Position numbers and translations under genes: made by a program
Notes under the pieces: generated by a model
The model's input: only the letters and a program-made list of their open reading frames with translations
Database searches by the model: none
What the model was told of the DNA's origin: nothing
In this document: piece after piece, positions 36,486 through 45,702 of the stretch
Layout of the letters: every line of letters starts with the position of its first letter
Numbering within the stretch: position 1 is the first letter of the stretch
Sequence record: SRR22947727_1159
Length of the DNA stretch: 45,703 nt
Strand: one strand, 5' to 3'

Positions 36486-37790
36486 ATGACAAAATCAACT
36501 AAAGTAGATGATGTAAATTCATTTGAAGATACTTTAAGTCGAATTCTTAATCTCCTGGATTATGATGAGCAGCAGTTTATTTATTTAACGGGTGCCGCTG
36601 GAACTGGTAAAACCACCCTTATAGAAAAAGTTTTAGAAGAAAATAACCTTAAAAAAATTGTTGTTGCTCCTACCGGTGTCGCTGCATTAAATATTGGTGG
36701 TAGTACAATAAATTCTGCTTTTAGGATTGGTTTTGATACTTTTCCAGTTATACAAGAATCTAATGATCCTCGATTTAAAAAATTATTAAAAAAATTGGAG
36801 CTTTTAATTATTGATGAGATTTCAATGGTTAGAGCTCCAATGCTTGATGCTATATCTGAAACTTTAAAACTTTATAGAAATAACGATGAGCCTTTTGGTG
36901 GGGTCCATGTTCTTGCATGTGGTGATCTTTTTCAATTGCCTCCAGTTGTTAAGGATAATGAAGTTAATGCAATAGATGAAAAATATGAGTCTGTTTATTT
37001 CTTCAGCTCAAATAGTTTTAAAGAGATAAAGAATCCATCTTTTTTTGAACTTACTTATTCTTTTAGGCAAAGCGAGGATGAGAATTTTTATTCTCTTCTT
37101 AATAATATTCGTTTAGGAGAAAATCTTGAAGAATCAATAAATCAAATTAACCGCGCCTGCTTTAATCCAGATTTTGACAATGAATCTTCTCTTATAATCA
37201 CGACAAGAAAGTACAGAGCAGAGCAAATAAATGAAGAAATGTTAAATTTCATAGAGGGGCCAGCCACATCAGCCAAGTCTGAAGAATTTGGAGAATTTAA
37301 TGAAAATGATCTTCCAGCACCAAGGAATTTGAGAATAAAAAAAGGTGCAAAGGTAATGTTTATAAAAAATGATAGTGAGGGTCGATGGGTAAACGGCACA
37401 ATAGGAGAGGTTACTAATTGTTCAGACAAAAAAGGAAGGTTCTTAAGAGTTCAGGTTGGGGATGATATACACAAAGTTAAAAGAGAAGAGTGGAATAAAA
37501 TTAAATACGTTTACGATGAATATAATGATGAGATGGAGGAAGAAATTGTTTCGTCCTTCAAACAATTTCCTATTAAGCTTGGGTGGGCAGTTACTATTCA
37601 CAAAGCTCAAGGATTAACTTTGGAAAGTTGTTCGATAGATTTAGGCAATGGTGCGTTTGCTACCGGTCAAACTTATGTAGCTCTAAGCAGATGTAAGACT
37701 TTAAACTCTTTAAATCTATATCAAGAATTACAAGTTAGAGATGCAATGGTTGATTCTGCTATTACAAATTTTCACGAAGAAAATTTTTAA
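36486..37790 (+). CDS. Pif1-family (SF1B) DNA helicase
   Basis: TGAAGTGKT, APTGVAA, IDEISMV, GDLFQLPPV, FRQ, QFPIKLGWAVTIHKAQGLT, GQTYVALSR. Confidence 0.92.
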   Translation: MTKSTKVDDVNSFEDTLSRILNLLDYDEQQFIYLTGAAGTGKTTLIEKVLEENNLKKIVVAPTGVAALNIGGSTINSAFRIGFDTFPVIQESNDPRFKKLLKKLELLIIDEISMVRAPMLDAISETLKLYRNNDEPFGGVHVLACGDLFQLPPVVKDNEVNAIDEKYESVYFFSSNSFKEIKNPSFFELTYSFRQSEDENFYSLLNNIRLGENLEESINQINRACFNPDFDNESSLIITTRKYRAEQINEEMLNFIEGPATSAKSEEFGEFNENDLPAPRNLRIKKGAKVMFIKNDSEGRWVNGTIGEVTNCSDKKGRFLRVQVGDDIHKVKREEWNKIKYVYDEYNDEMEEEIVSSFKQFPIKLGWAVTIHKAQGLTLESCSIDLGNGAFATGQTYVALSRCKTLNSLNLYQELQVRDAMVDSAITNFHEENF

Positions 37791-37957
37791 TGTTTCGGTT
37801 TTATCCTTCTAAGATATAGCACCCCAAATAAAAAGGTATATAAGTAGCCTTTTAGCTTGCCATGAGGAGATTTATTAATAATCTTCCTATAATAAATACA
37901 TTCTATGAAATGAATAAAAAACCAAGCGAAGACTAAAAAATAAATAATTTCTATCAT
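37787..37957 (-). CDS. small membrane protein (56 aa), DUF1145/YhhL-like, not in the ORF track
   Basis: MIEIIYFLVFAWFFIHFIECIYYRKIINKSPHGKLKGYLYTFLFGVLYLRRIKPKH*; ATG abuts the psiE stop; HxxE and LFG motifs. Confidence 0.7.
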   Translation of the reverse strand: MIEIIYFLVFAWFFIHFIECIYYRKIINKSPHGKLKGYLYTFLFGVLYLRRIKPKH

Positions 37958-38389
37958 TTAATTTCCAGGACTTTTTTCATCCTTGAACTGTTCTTTTTTC
38001 TCAAGACTAACCTTGTCCTTGAGGCTCATAATATATGCAGCTGCAGAAAGAATCAAAATTGCTCCAGACTCTCCAATCAGCATTAGCGCATCCATTTCTT
38101 TGCCTTGCATAATTATTAATCTACACAAAGCTGTTATCGCAATAATAATAGGGAGCGTTACAGGAATCCTGCTGGTGCTATAAAATGCTCCAACCATCCC
38201 TATTATCTCAACATAAATAAATAGCATAAATAAATCTGAAAGAAGTATCTCTCTTGATTCATACATAAAATATAAATACTGAGCCGCTGCAATACATGTT
38301 GCGATTCCAATAATTGCCAAAAGAACCTTCTCACTAGTTACTGTGGTCCAATGAAGGCCTCTGTCTGTAAAGGGTAGTTTTAATTTCAT
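37958..38389 (-). CDS. psiE: phosphate-starvation-inducible PsiE family membrane protein
   Basis: DLFMLFIYVEIIGM, IPVTLPIIIAITALCRLII. Confidence 0.85.
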   Translation of the reverse strand: MKLKLPFTDRGLHWTTVTSEKVLLAIIGIATCIAAAQYLYFMYESREILLSDLFMLFIYVEIIGMVGAFYSTSRIPVTLPIIIAITALCRLIIMQGKEMDALMLIGESGAILILSAAAYIMSLKDKVSLEKKEQFKDEKSPGN

Positions 38390-38421
38390 TGTTCTAGGAT
38401 ATCTAAACTTTATTAAATCGT

Positions 38422-38799
38422 CTAGCTAGCGGAGTTTCCAGTTTCTGCTTCTAATAATATATCCTGAGGAATTTCAAAGGCGCTCCTATTTAAAACCCAT
38501 GATTTGGATATATCACCTACCTTAAGTTCTGCATATAAATGCCCAAACTTTCCAGGTCTTTTACTTGTAGCATCCACTGCTTCATAAATTAATTTATCAC
38601 GAAAATGTTTAAGTTCTAGCAAAAGCAGTATTACCTCTTCGTATTCTGAAAAATATAATGCAAGTGTTGCTGAAAGCTGTGATGCATTAGATAAATGAAT
38701 AAAGCCATCGATTTGATCAAGTTCTGTAGTTATTAATCCGCTACTTTTTGAATTATTCCACTCTTCAGGTGTAAGAATTTTATATAAATTTTCTTTCAT
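38422..38799 (-). CDS. DUF952 family protein
   Basis: LYKIL...EW, DQIDGFIHLS...Q, LIYE, FGHLY. Confidence 0.88.
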   Translation of the reverse strand: MKENLYKILTPEEWNNSKSSGLITTELDQIDGFIHLSNASQLSATLALYFSEYEEVILLLLELKHFRDKLIYEAVDATSKRPGKFGHLYAELKVGDISKSWVLNRSAFEIPQDILLEAETGNSAS

Positions 38800-38915
38800 T
38801 TTAATAAACTCATCCTCATTAATTGAGCAATAGTATGTTGATATTTAAACATAATTAAAAATATTAAAACGAATAAAAATATGTCAAACTTTTAAAAAAA
38901 ATTACTAAGGGTTGT

Positions 38916-39587
38916 ATGAACTTCAAAGAATTTGCTGAATCAAGAAAAAGCGTCAGAGGGTTTTTAGATAAACCAGTTCCCAAAGAGCTTGTTGATGAAA
39001 TTATAGATGCTGCCAAGTGGGCACCTTCTTCATACAATACACAAACATGGCATATTCATGCAGTAGCTGGTGAGATATTAAATAAAATTAGAGAAGGTAA
39101 CATCGAAGAAACAATGGCTGGGAAACCTCATGTGCGTGATTTTCCATACAAGGAAGAGTACGAAGGAATTCATAGAAAGAATCAAATCGATGTTGCTATC
39201 CAACTGTTTGAAGCAATGGGCATTGAAAGAGACGATAAAGAAAAACGTATGGATTGGATGCTGAGAGGATTTAGGCAATTTGATGCACCAGTTTCTTTGG
39301 TTCTAACATATGACAAATATCTTGAACCAGCAGCAATTAGTCAGTTTGGTCTTGGTTCATTGGCATATGGAATAATACTAGCTGCTTGGGAAAGAGGTAT
39401 TGGGTGTGTTATTAACGGTCAAGGCATAATGCAGTCTCATATTGTTAGAGAATACGCAAAAATTCCTGATGATCAAAATATAATGATATGTATAGCTATG
39501 GGCTATCCAGATGAAAGCTTTGCTGCAAATGACGTTAGATCTACTAGAGCCGACAATCAAGATTTTGTAAAATATATTGGTTTTTAA
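38916..39587 (+). CDS. nitroreductase family protein
   Basis: RKSVRGF, WAPSSYNTQTW, FDAP, IAMGYPD. Confidence 0.93.
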   Translation: MNFKEFAESRKSVRGFLDKPVPKELVDEIIDAAKWAPSSYNTQTWHIHAVAGEILNKIREGNIEETMAGKPHVRDFPYKEEYEGIHRKNQIDVAIQLFEAMGIERDDKEKRMDWMLRGFRQFDAPVSLVLTYDKYLEPAAISQFGLGSLAYGIILAAWERGIGCVINGQGIMQSHIVREYAKIPDDQNIMICIAMGYPDESFAANDVRSTRADNQDFVKYIGF

Positions 39588-39615
39588 GCAAAATGAATAT
39601 TTTGACTGTGTTTGC

Positions 39616-40395
39616 TTAAAGCTTGATATCAAAAAATGTTTCAACAGTCATATGGGCAACGTCCTGTAGGAAGTTTTTATCTACATCACTAATTTCATTA
39701 AAATAATTATAGTCAATCCCTCTTGGTGATTTTTGTGTGATGCTTGCAAATACAACACAAGAAGCTAAATATGTTCCTAGCAAACTAGGATGACTGCCGT
39801 CAAAAGATTTGTGTAACTTGATATTTGGGTTAATTTTATATGCATTTTCAAATGCAATGCCTACGGGAATAACTAAAGCATTATTATTTGCGCCTGCATC
39901 AATATACATTTTTTTAATATCTTTAATCATTTGGGGATTTGCTTTGTTATGCGGCTCTACATATGCATGTATCATGTATAAAGCTGCTTCAGCTCCTGAT
40001 TGATGAATTTTATTAACAGCTTTTTTTATTTCGTATGAAAATATTTTTCTTTCAGATTTTGTATTTGTTTCGCCACTTCCGCCTTGCAAAATAACAAGTT
40101 GAAAAGGTTGATCTGCTCCAATATTTTTATGTTTAAGTGGGTGATCTATATTATGATGCCATGATCTTGAACCACTAATAGTTACAGACTTATAGTTGGT
40201 TGTATCTATTTTATTTGGATATATTTCATCAAGCATTCGTCTTACATGGTTGTGTAGACTATCATTATAATAAAGATAACTATTTCCAATAAAAAGTACT
40301 CGTTCTGGTGTTTTATTAATTAGTGAATAGGTCTGCGTATCTGATGCAAACATAAGGTTGGCAATAAAAAAGAAACATATTAAGAGATTTTTCAT
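39616..40395 (-). CDS. secreted SGNH/GDSL-like hydrolase
   Basis: Signal peptide, VLFIGNSY block I, VILQ, DGSHPS block V. Confidence 0.8.
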   Translation of the reverse strand: MKNLLICFFFIANLMFASDTQTYSLINKTPERVLFIGNSYLYYNDSLHNHVRRMLDEIYPNKIDTTNYKSVTISGSRSWHHNIDHPLKHKNIGADQPFQLVILQGGSGETNTKSERKIFSYEIKKAVNKIHQSGAEAALYMIHAYVEPHNKANPQMIKDIKKMYIDAGANNNALVIPVGIAFENAYKINPNIKLHKSFDGSHPSLLGTYLASCVVFASITQKSPRGIDYNYFNEISDVDKNFLQDVAHMTVETFFDIKL

Positions 40396-40414
40396 TTTAA
40401 AATTCTACCTTAAT

Positions 40415-40442
40415 AAATAAATAAATGAATGAATGAATGAAT
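40415..40442. repeat. tetranucleotide tandem array (AAAT)3(GAAT)4
   Basis: Read directly from the sequence; fills most of the 50-bp spacer. Confidence 0.8.
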
Positions 40443-40445
40443 ATA

Positions 40446-41291
40446 TTAAATTTTTAATTTATTTTTCTTTAAAGGTGGTCCAAAAAATAAATATATTGCC
40501 TCTTTAACACTTTGAGAATTTTTAATGTCTTTAAACATTGAGGACCAACCCATAAAGGTAATTTTAATAGGATTGAATGTATTAACATTCTTAACAAGGC
40601 CAAATTTAACTGGTTCAATTTCTGGCTCAAAAGTACCAAACATTTTGTCCCAAATAATCAATAAATTACCATAATTTTTATCAATGTATTTCTTATTTGA
40701 GCCGTGATGTACTCTGTGATGTGAGGGTGTATTGAAAATCCATTCAAGTGGGCCAAGTTTATTAATAATTTGGGTATGACCAACGATTCCCCATAAAGTA
40801 CTAATAACACCTGCTACTGCAATAATAGTCGGATCTAAGCCTATAAGCGGGAGTAAAATAAAAAAAGGAATCTTTGAAACTGGTCCAAACCAAGCCTGCC
40901 TAAAAGATACAGCAAAATTCATTTCCTCGCTTGAATGATGGCTCATGTGAATGACCCATAAAAACCTTACCCTGTGTGACATGCGGTGGTATATATAAAA
41001 AACCAAGTCTATTAAAATGAAGGTCAATGCCCACAATGCCCACAAAGGCAATGCTTGACTTAAATCGAAAAGCTTAAATTGGTATAAATAAAAATGAATT
41101 GCTAGCGTCAATCCCTTAAAAGCATAAACCATAATAATATTTCCAGCTAACAGCCCTATCGTACATAAAGTATCGCCTTTTTTATAAAGTGATTTTTTAT
41201 TCAAACTAGATACCACTACCTCAAAAAGAATTATCGCGAGCACAATTGGCGCTCCTATTGCATATACTTCATTAAAGGTGAGATTCGTCAT
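40446..41291 (-). CDS. sterol desaturase family protein, alkylglycerol monooxygenase-like
   Basis: YIYHRMSH, HMSHHSSEEMNFAVSFRQ, GHT, TPSHHRVHHG, YIDKNYG, WDKMFGTF. Confidence 0.9.
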   Translation of the reverse strand: MTNLTFNEVYAIGAPIVLAIILFEVVVSSLNKKSLYKKGDTLCTIGLLAGNIIMVYAFKGLTLAIHFYLYQFKLFDLSQALPLWALWALTFILIDLVFYIYHRMSHRVRFLWVIHMSHHSSEEMNFAVSFRQAWFGPVSKIPFFILLPLIGLDPTIIAVAGVISTLWGIVGHTQIINKLGPLEWIFNTPSHHRVHHGSNKKYIDKNYGNLLIIWDKMFGTFEPEIEPVKFGLVKNVNTFNPIKITFMGWSSMFKDIKNSQSVKEAIYLFFGPPLKKNKLKI

Positions 41292-41306
41292 AATTTAAAT
41301 TATTTA

Positions 41307-42146
41307 TTAAAGGTGCTCTATAAGCAAGGTTGGAACATTGTGAGTATGGGACTTTATTGTTGCTACTAAAGTATTCTCTTTAATTCCTTCTTTGATTGGA
41401 GTGATATCCACACCCTCATCTAAAAGTCTTTTATGGGTTTCTTTAATGCTTTGTACTTCCCAAGCAAGACCCCATAATTTGTCATGAGGCTCTTGGCTAT
41501 CTTTTTTTTCAATCACTTCAATGGTGGTTTTATTAAATCTAAAAAATAACATTCTGCTTTTCCATTCTTCAACCACTTTGTCTAATGCAAGCCTTATATT
41601 GAATAGATTTTTGTATATGCTTTTGAACCCATCTGCATCATTTGTATTTATAACTATATGATCTAATTTATTTGGGCTGGATGCATTGGTGTTAATTTGT
41701 AAAGGAAGTGTTCCTTCTGTATGTTGAATAATGAAAGAAAAAAGTCCTCTAGTTAACTCTGGAGGCAAAAATAAGTTTTTCCATTTTCTGATATTGCTAT
41801 CTTTAAAATTGGAGCCTTCTCCTAGTGTTGGTTCTGCGACGATGTATCCTTTTTCCCTGATAGAGCTCACAGCATCTTCAATATTCTCTGTCCCAAGAAC
41901 TAATCCGATTAACCCCTCGCCGTCTTGATCAAGATAATAATTTACAAGCGCGGCACCGAGGCCTTCTCCTGTTGCTGATAAAAGTTCAAAATATGTATTT
42001 TCAAAATTAAAAAGAGAATTACTTGTTCCCAATTCTTTATGTTCGCCCCTCCAAACAGGATCTTTCCCAAAAATTTTTTTATAGCTGTCCTCTGCTTTTT
42101 CTAAATCTTTAACAGCAACAATTAAGTGATCTAAAGTTTTTATCAT
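41307..42146 (-). CDS. two-domain VOC/glyoxalase-like protein
   Basis: LDHLIVAV, GEH..LGTSN, YFELL; second LDHIVI domain. Confidence 0.85.
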   Translation of the reverse strand: MIKTLDHLIVAVKDLEKAEDSYKKIFGKDPVWRGEHKELGTSNSLFNFENTYFELLSATGEGLGAALVNYYLDQDGEGLIGLVLGTENIEDAVSSIREKGYIVAEPTLGEGSNFKDSNIRKWKNLFLPPELTRGLFSFIIQHTEGTLPLQINTNASSPNKLDHIVINTNDADGFKSIYKNLFNIRLALDKVVEEWKSRMLFFRFNKTTIEVIEKKDSQEPHDKLWGLAWEVQSIKETHKRLLDEGVDITPIKEGIKENTLVATIKSHTHNVPTLLIEHL

Positions 42147-42153
42147 TTGCTAG

Positions 42154-43341
42154 TCATTCCTTAGGTAGGTTTGCTTTTAAAAAAGCTAACATATTCTCCC
42201 CCATAACTTTTCTAATTTCAGATTTGCTCAACCCCTGATCTAATAACTCATAGGTTATAGCCTCTAACTCTGAGGTATCGAAACCTGGTGTAATGGTGCC
42301 ATCAAAGTCTGATCCTAAAGCAACATGTTCAGCTCCTATAAGATTGACACCAAAGATAATGGCCTCGGCTACTGACTTTGGAGTATTATCACAAATTGCA
42401 GCATCCCAAAAACCTACACCTATTAAGCCCCCTTTTTTTGCAATTTCTATCATTAGGTCATCGCTTATGTTTCTTGGTGATTTGCAGTATCCATCAAAGC
42501 CGGTATGACTAACGACAATTGGTTTGTTTGAAATTTTTAATACATCTTTCACGACATTTTCTGAGGAGTGGGAGACATCGATAATTATATTTAGTCGTAA
42601 CATTTCTAAAATAGCTTGTGTTCCAAAATCTGTAAGCCCCTCATTTGTTATGCCATGTAGAGAGCCACCCAATTTATTATCAAAAAAATGCTGAAGACTC
42701 ATCATCCGAAAACCATGATCATATAAATTTTTTATGTTTGTTATATCGCCATCTAGAGCATGCGAACCCTCTGTTCCAATTAATCCTCCAACCATCTCAG
42801 AATTATTGATCCTCTTTGATAAAAAAAGTTCAAGATCTTCTTGGGACTTAATCAGCATAAAATTATCTGGGTATTTTTTTGCTAGTGTATGTATTTTACT
42901 TGACTGATATATTGCTCTTTCGTATAGACTAGTCCATGTTTTTACTGGCCATCTTTGAACAATAGCTAAGGCTGTAATGTTATCTCGAGCATTGGATTTG
43001 TTACTGTTGTAATTTTGTCCAGCAGGTGATTTTGTTACTGTTGTAAACATTTGAAGAGCGACATTGCCTTGTTGCAATCTTGGTATATCAACATGACCAT
43101 AATCATATTCCTGCATCAGGTCTCTGTTCCACAGGGTGCTGTCGGCATGCCAATCACCAACAATCAATGTTTTATGAAATTCCTTTGCGGCCATAGATGT
43201 TTTAAAAACTGGGTGATCAGTAACTAAGTTCATGTTGCGATCAATCATAGATGGTAAAATTAAAAGAACTGAAAGAGCTAATAAGATTAAAAATAAAATA
43301 ATACTTATTGAGATTCTTTTGTGAGATGTGACTTTCATCAT
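42154..43341 (-). CDS. membrane dipeptidase (M19 family)
   Basis: DWHAD, HVDIPRL, GTEG, DVSH, VSHTG, HVALGSDFDG, MGEN; N-terminal TM. Confidence 0.93.
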   Translation of the reverse strand: MMKVTSHKRISISIILFLILLALSVLLILPSMIDRNMNLVTDHPVFKTSMAAKEFHKTLIVGDWHADSTLWNRDLMQEYDYGHVDIPRLQQGNVALQMFTTVTKSPAGQNYNSNKSNARDNITALAIVQRWPVKTWTSLYERAIYQSSKIHTLAKKYPDNFMLIKSQEDLELFLSKRINNSEMVGGLIGTEGSHALDGDITNIKNLYDHGFRMMSLQHFFDNKLGGSLHGITNEGLTDFGTQAILEMLRLNIIIDVSHSSENVVKDVLKISNKPIVVSHTGFDGYCKSPRNISDDLMIEIAKKGGLIGVGFWDAAICDNTPKSVAEAIIFGVNLIGAEHVALGSDFDGTITPGFDTSELEAITYELLDQGLSKSEIRKVMGENMLAFLKANLPKE

Positions 43342-43343
43342 AT

Positions 43344-44066
43344 TTATGTCTTACAAACTGGCAGCAGATTATGTGTTTCATATTCTTTTAAATTAAAACT
43401 ATTATCAAATGATTTTGAATCGTAAATATCAACGCTTTCAAAATGCTCCTTATATCTTTCAAAAAAATCTAAGCCAGGTTCATGCATCATTCTGTTTATG
43501 GGATCTCTCTTTTGAAGGTCTTTTGTTTTATTGTGAATAATGGGAACTGGCAACATTGCAATGCCATTTTTTCTTAAAACTCTTCTAATTTCACCTATGG
43601 CTTTTTTGTCATTTTCTGGATATTCAAGAACGTGGGAGGCAAAAACAAGATCAAAAGATTCATTTGGAAATGGTATATCTTGGACATCAAATTGATAATC
43701 AACGTCCTGACGATGTAAATCAGCAGAGGTATAGCTCTTATAATTTTTTATAAAATATTTTCGTAAAGAATTTTCGGGAGAAATATGCAGTACCTCAACC
43801 TGTGAGGCTTTCTGTTTGCTGTATATTGATAGTAATGTTAAATAAGCCAGTCTCACTCGCTCTAGTTCTCCACATTTGGGGCACTTAGCATGAGGGCGAT
43901 TATTTTTTCTCATGAATGCGCCGTGATAATTACATATTGGGCAATTAAATTTATGATTTGAGTTCAAATGTAAAAGTTTAAAAAAAGGAGCACGAAAACC
44001 CTTTAAAAAATACTCTATTTTTTTATATCGCCCATTGTTATATCGAGGAGATTGAATATTTTTCAT
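43344..44066 (-). CDS. class I SAM-dependent methyltransferase with Zn ribbon
   Basis: CPIC/CPKC..LER.R, VLHISPE, SFDLVFASHVLEY, EIRRVL. Confidence 0.85.
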   Translation of the reverse strand: MKNIQSPRYNNGRYKKIEYFLKGFRAPFFKLLHLNSNHKFNCPICNYHGAFMRKNNRPHAKCPKCGELERVRLAYLTLLSIYSKQKASQVEVLHISPENSLRKYFIKNYKSYTSADLHRQDVDYQFDVQDIPFPNESFDLVFASHVLEYPENDKKAIGEIRRVLRKNGIAMLPVPIIHNKTKDLQKRDPINRMMHEPGLDFFERYKEHFESVDIYDSKSFDNSFNLKEYETHNLLPVCKT

Positions 44067-44069
44067 ATT

Positions 44070-44852
44070 CTAAAGCTTTTTAAATAGTAAAGTCATCCTA
44101 TCGCTTTCACCGATGGCGATATATTTTTCTTTATCAATAGTCTTAAGTCTAAGATTAGGCGGGAGCGTCCACACTCCTTTTGGATGATCTTTGGTATCTT
44201 TTTTATTCGCATTAATTTCAGATTTTGCAATTAGGGTGAAACCATGTCTCTTTGCCACCATGATGGCGTGCTCCTCTGAAACATACCCACTCTTTTTCAT
44301 GTTTTTAATTGATGTGCCTTTGTTGGCCCTGTGCTCAACAACTCCGAATACTCCTCCTGGCTTAAGAGCCTTATAACTATTTGCAAATATAGAGTCCATT
44401 TGTGGACCCAGCCAGTTATGAAGATTTCTAAATGTAAGTACTGCATCAACACTTTCTTCTTCTGCAAAACTTGAACTTAAATTCACTATTTCAACATTTG
44501 CATACATGGGGCTGGATGCTATTTTCTGTTCAAATTTTTCTCTACTTTTTTTAAAATACTCAACATTAGAATCTTTATCAAAATGTGCAGCAATAAGAAT
44601 TCCTGGCTCATGTAAATAATTAGCTAAAATTTCAGTATACCAACCGCCCCCAGGAGAAAGTTCAATAACTTTCATATTTGATTTAATTTCAAAGAAACTT
44701 AATGTTTCGTATGGATTTCTATATTCATCCCTAGCCATATTTTTTGTGCTTCGACCATGGCTCTCTATTGCTGCCTTTAAGTCATGTGAAGACGCCGGCA
44801 AAATAAATGAAAAAAGAATTAAAAAGACTACTGATTTAGATGATATTTTCAT
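44070..44852 (-). CDS. predicted exported SAM-methyltransferase-fold protein (COG4798-like)
   Basis: Signal peptide, RDEYRNPYETL.FF, PGGGWYTEIL, TFRNLHNW, VEHR, SEINAN..D, GVWTLPP, IGESDRMTL. Confidence 0.88.
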   Translation of the reverse strand: MKISSKSVVFLILFSFILPASSHDLKAAIESHGRSTKNMARDEYRNPYETLSFFEIKSNMKVIELSPGGGWYTEILANYLHEPGILIAAHFDKDSNVEYFKKSREKFEQKIASSPMYANVEIVNLSSSFAEEESVDAVLTFRNLHNWLGPQMDSIFANSYKALKPGGVFGVVEHRANKGTSIKNMKKSGYVSEEHAIMVAKRHGFTLIAKSEINANKKDTKDHPKGVWTLPPNLRLKTIDKEKYIAIGESDRMTLLFKKL

Positions 44853-45122
44853 TTATACATTCTAAACTCAAAAAACGTGGTTTTGAATTTTTAAATTCTA
44901 TTTAACACTTATATCACTATCAAAGTTGATCTCTATAACAATGGTTGATTTGTTTTATATGTAACGGTTTCTTATTAATTATTTTTTAATCTTTGATATA
45001 AAGATAAGGAGCCTTTTAAAAACCAAACAACAACTACCCCCCCACCAAAGAACAAAAAACCAATCATTCTTGTTTATACCATTCCAATCCAACCATTCAA
45101 CTAGATTCGATATTAGTCAATA

Positions 45123-45458
45123 CTATCTTTCTCCAAGCAGCATTAATTTTATGTCTCCTTCACAAACGAAACTTAGGTAAATTAAATAGATTGCTAAATA
45201 TGGGGCGCCAAGGAAAAATGCTCCTATTGCAAGAAGGTTTCCCCTTAATGTAAATTTGTTTCTCCATGCAGTCCAAAATGCAGACATAAGGAGAAAGGTT
45301 AAAAAATCTAGATTAAATTGCCCTTGCCAATTTAGGTTATTCATTTCTCCAAAGAAGGTTGGAAGTAAAATCAATATTCCCTCACTCTGGATAACTGGCA
45401 ATGTATATCCAATTACACTAAGGGCAATTATGAGAAGAGAAAGTCTAAAAATTTTCAT
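45123..45458 (-). CDS. hypothetical membrane protein
   Basis: About three TM segments, WQGQFNLDF, WTAWR, LLGER end. Confidence 0.75.
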   Translation of the reverse strand: MKIFRLSLLIIALSVIGYTLPVIQSEGILILLPTFFGEMNNLNWQGQFNLDFLTFLLMSAFWTAWRNKFTLRGNLLAIGAFFLGAPYLAIYLIYLSFVCEGDIKLMLLGER

Positions 45459-45582
45459 AAAATATTTTTTTAATTCTCTGTTTTAACTTACTCGACAGTT
45501 CTGAATTGTTCAGAGTAGTGATTTCGTTTATCAATTTAATCTCCAGTCTCTCTTTTTTTATTCAACTTAAATCTAACTGCGT

Positions 45583-45702
45583 TCAGTTTTCATCTTTTTC
45601 CTTATCTTGATATTCTTTTAACTTTTCTTGATATTCTTCTTCTGAAAGTTTATGCCAACCAATGCATTTGCCAGTTGGACTTCTTCCGCAACCACATTCC
45701 AT
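45583..45702 (-). CDS. mini CDGSH-like iron-sulfur/zinc-finger protein (39 aa visible), not in the ORF track
   Basis: MECGCGRSPTGKCIGWHKLSEEEYQEKLKEYQDKEKDEN*; ATG lies 1 nt from the window edge, so the true start may be further upstream. Confidence 0.7.
   Translation of the reverse strand: MECGCGRSPTGKCIGWHKLSEEEYQEKLKEYQDKEKDEN

Noticed and set aside
17429..45486. Remaining antisense ORFs (17429, 21291, 23739, 26873, 27801, 28511, 29766, 29797, 33238, 34975, 35898, 36205, 37142, 37983, 39078, 39378, 39809, 41731, 42293, 44191, 45256)
   Set aside because: Overlap confidently assigned genes on the other strand; no RBS or recognisable motifs, including the 143-aa frame at 23739
45459..45582. 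Possible 29-aa TTG-start ORF on the - strand after GGAG, overlapping the start of the 45123-45458 gene
   Set aside because: Too short, weak start codon and no motif; cannot be supported
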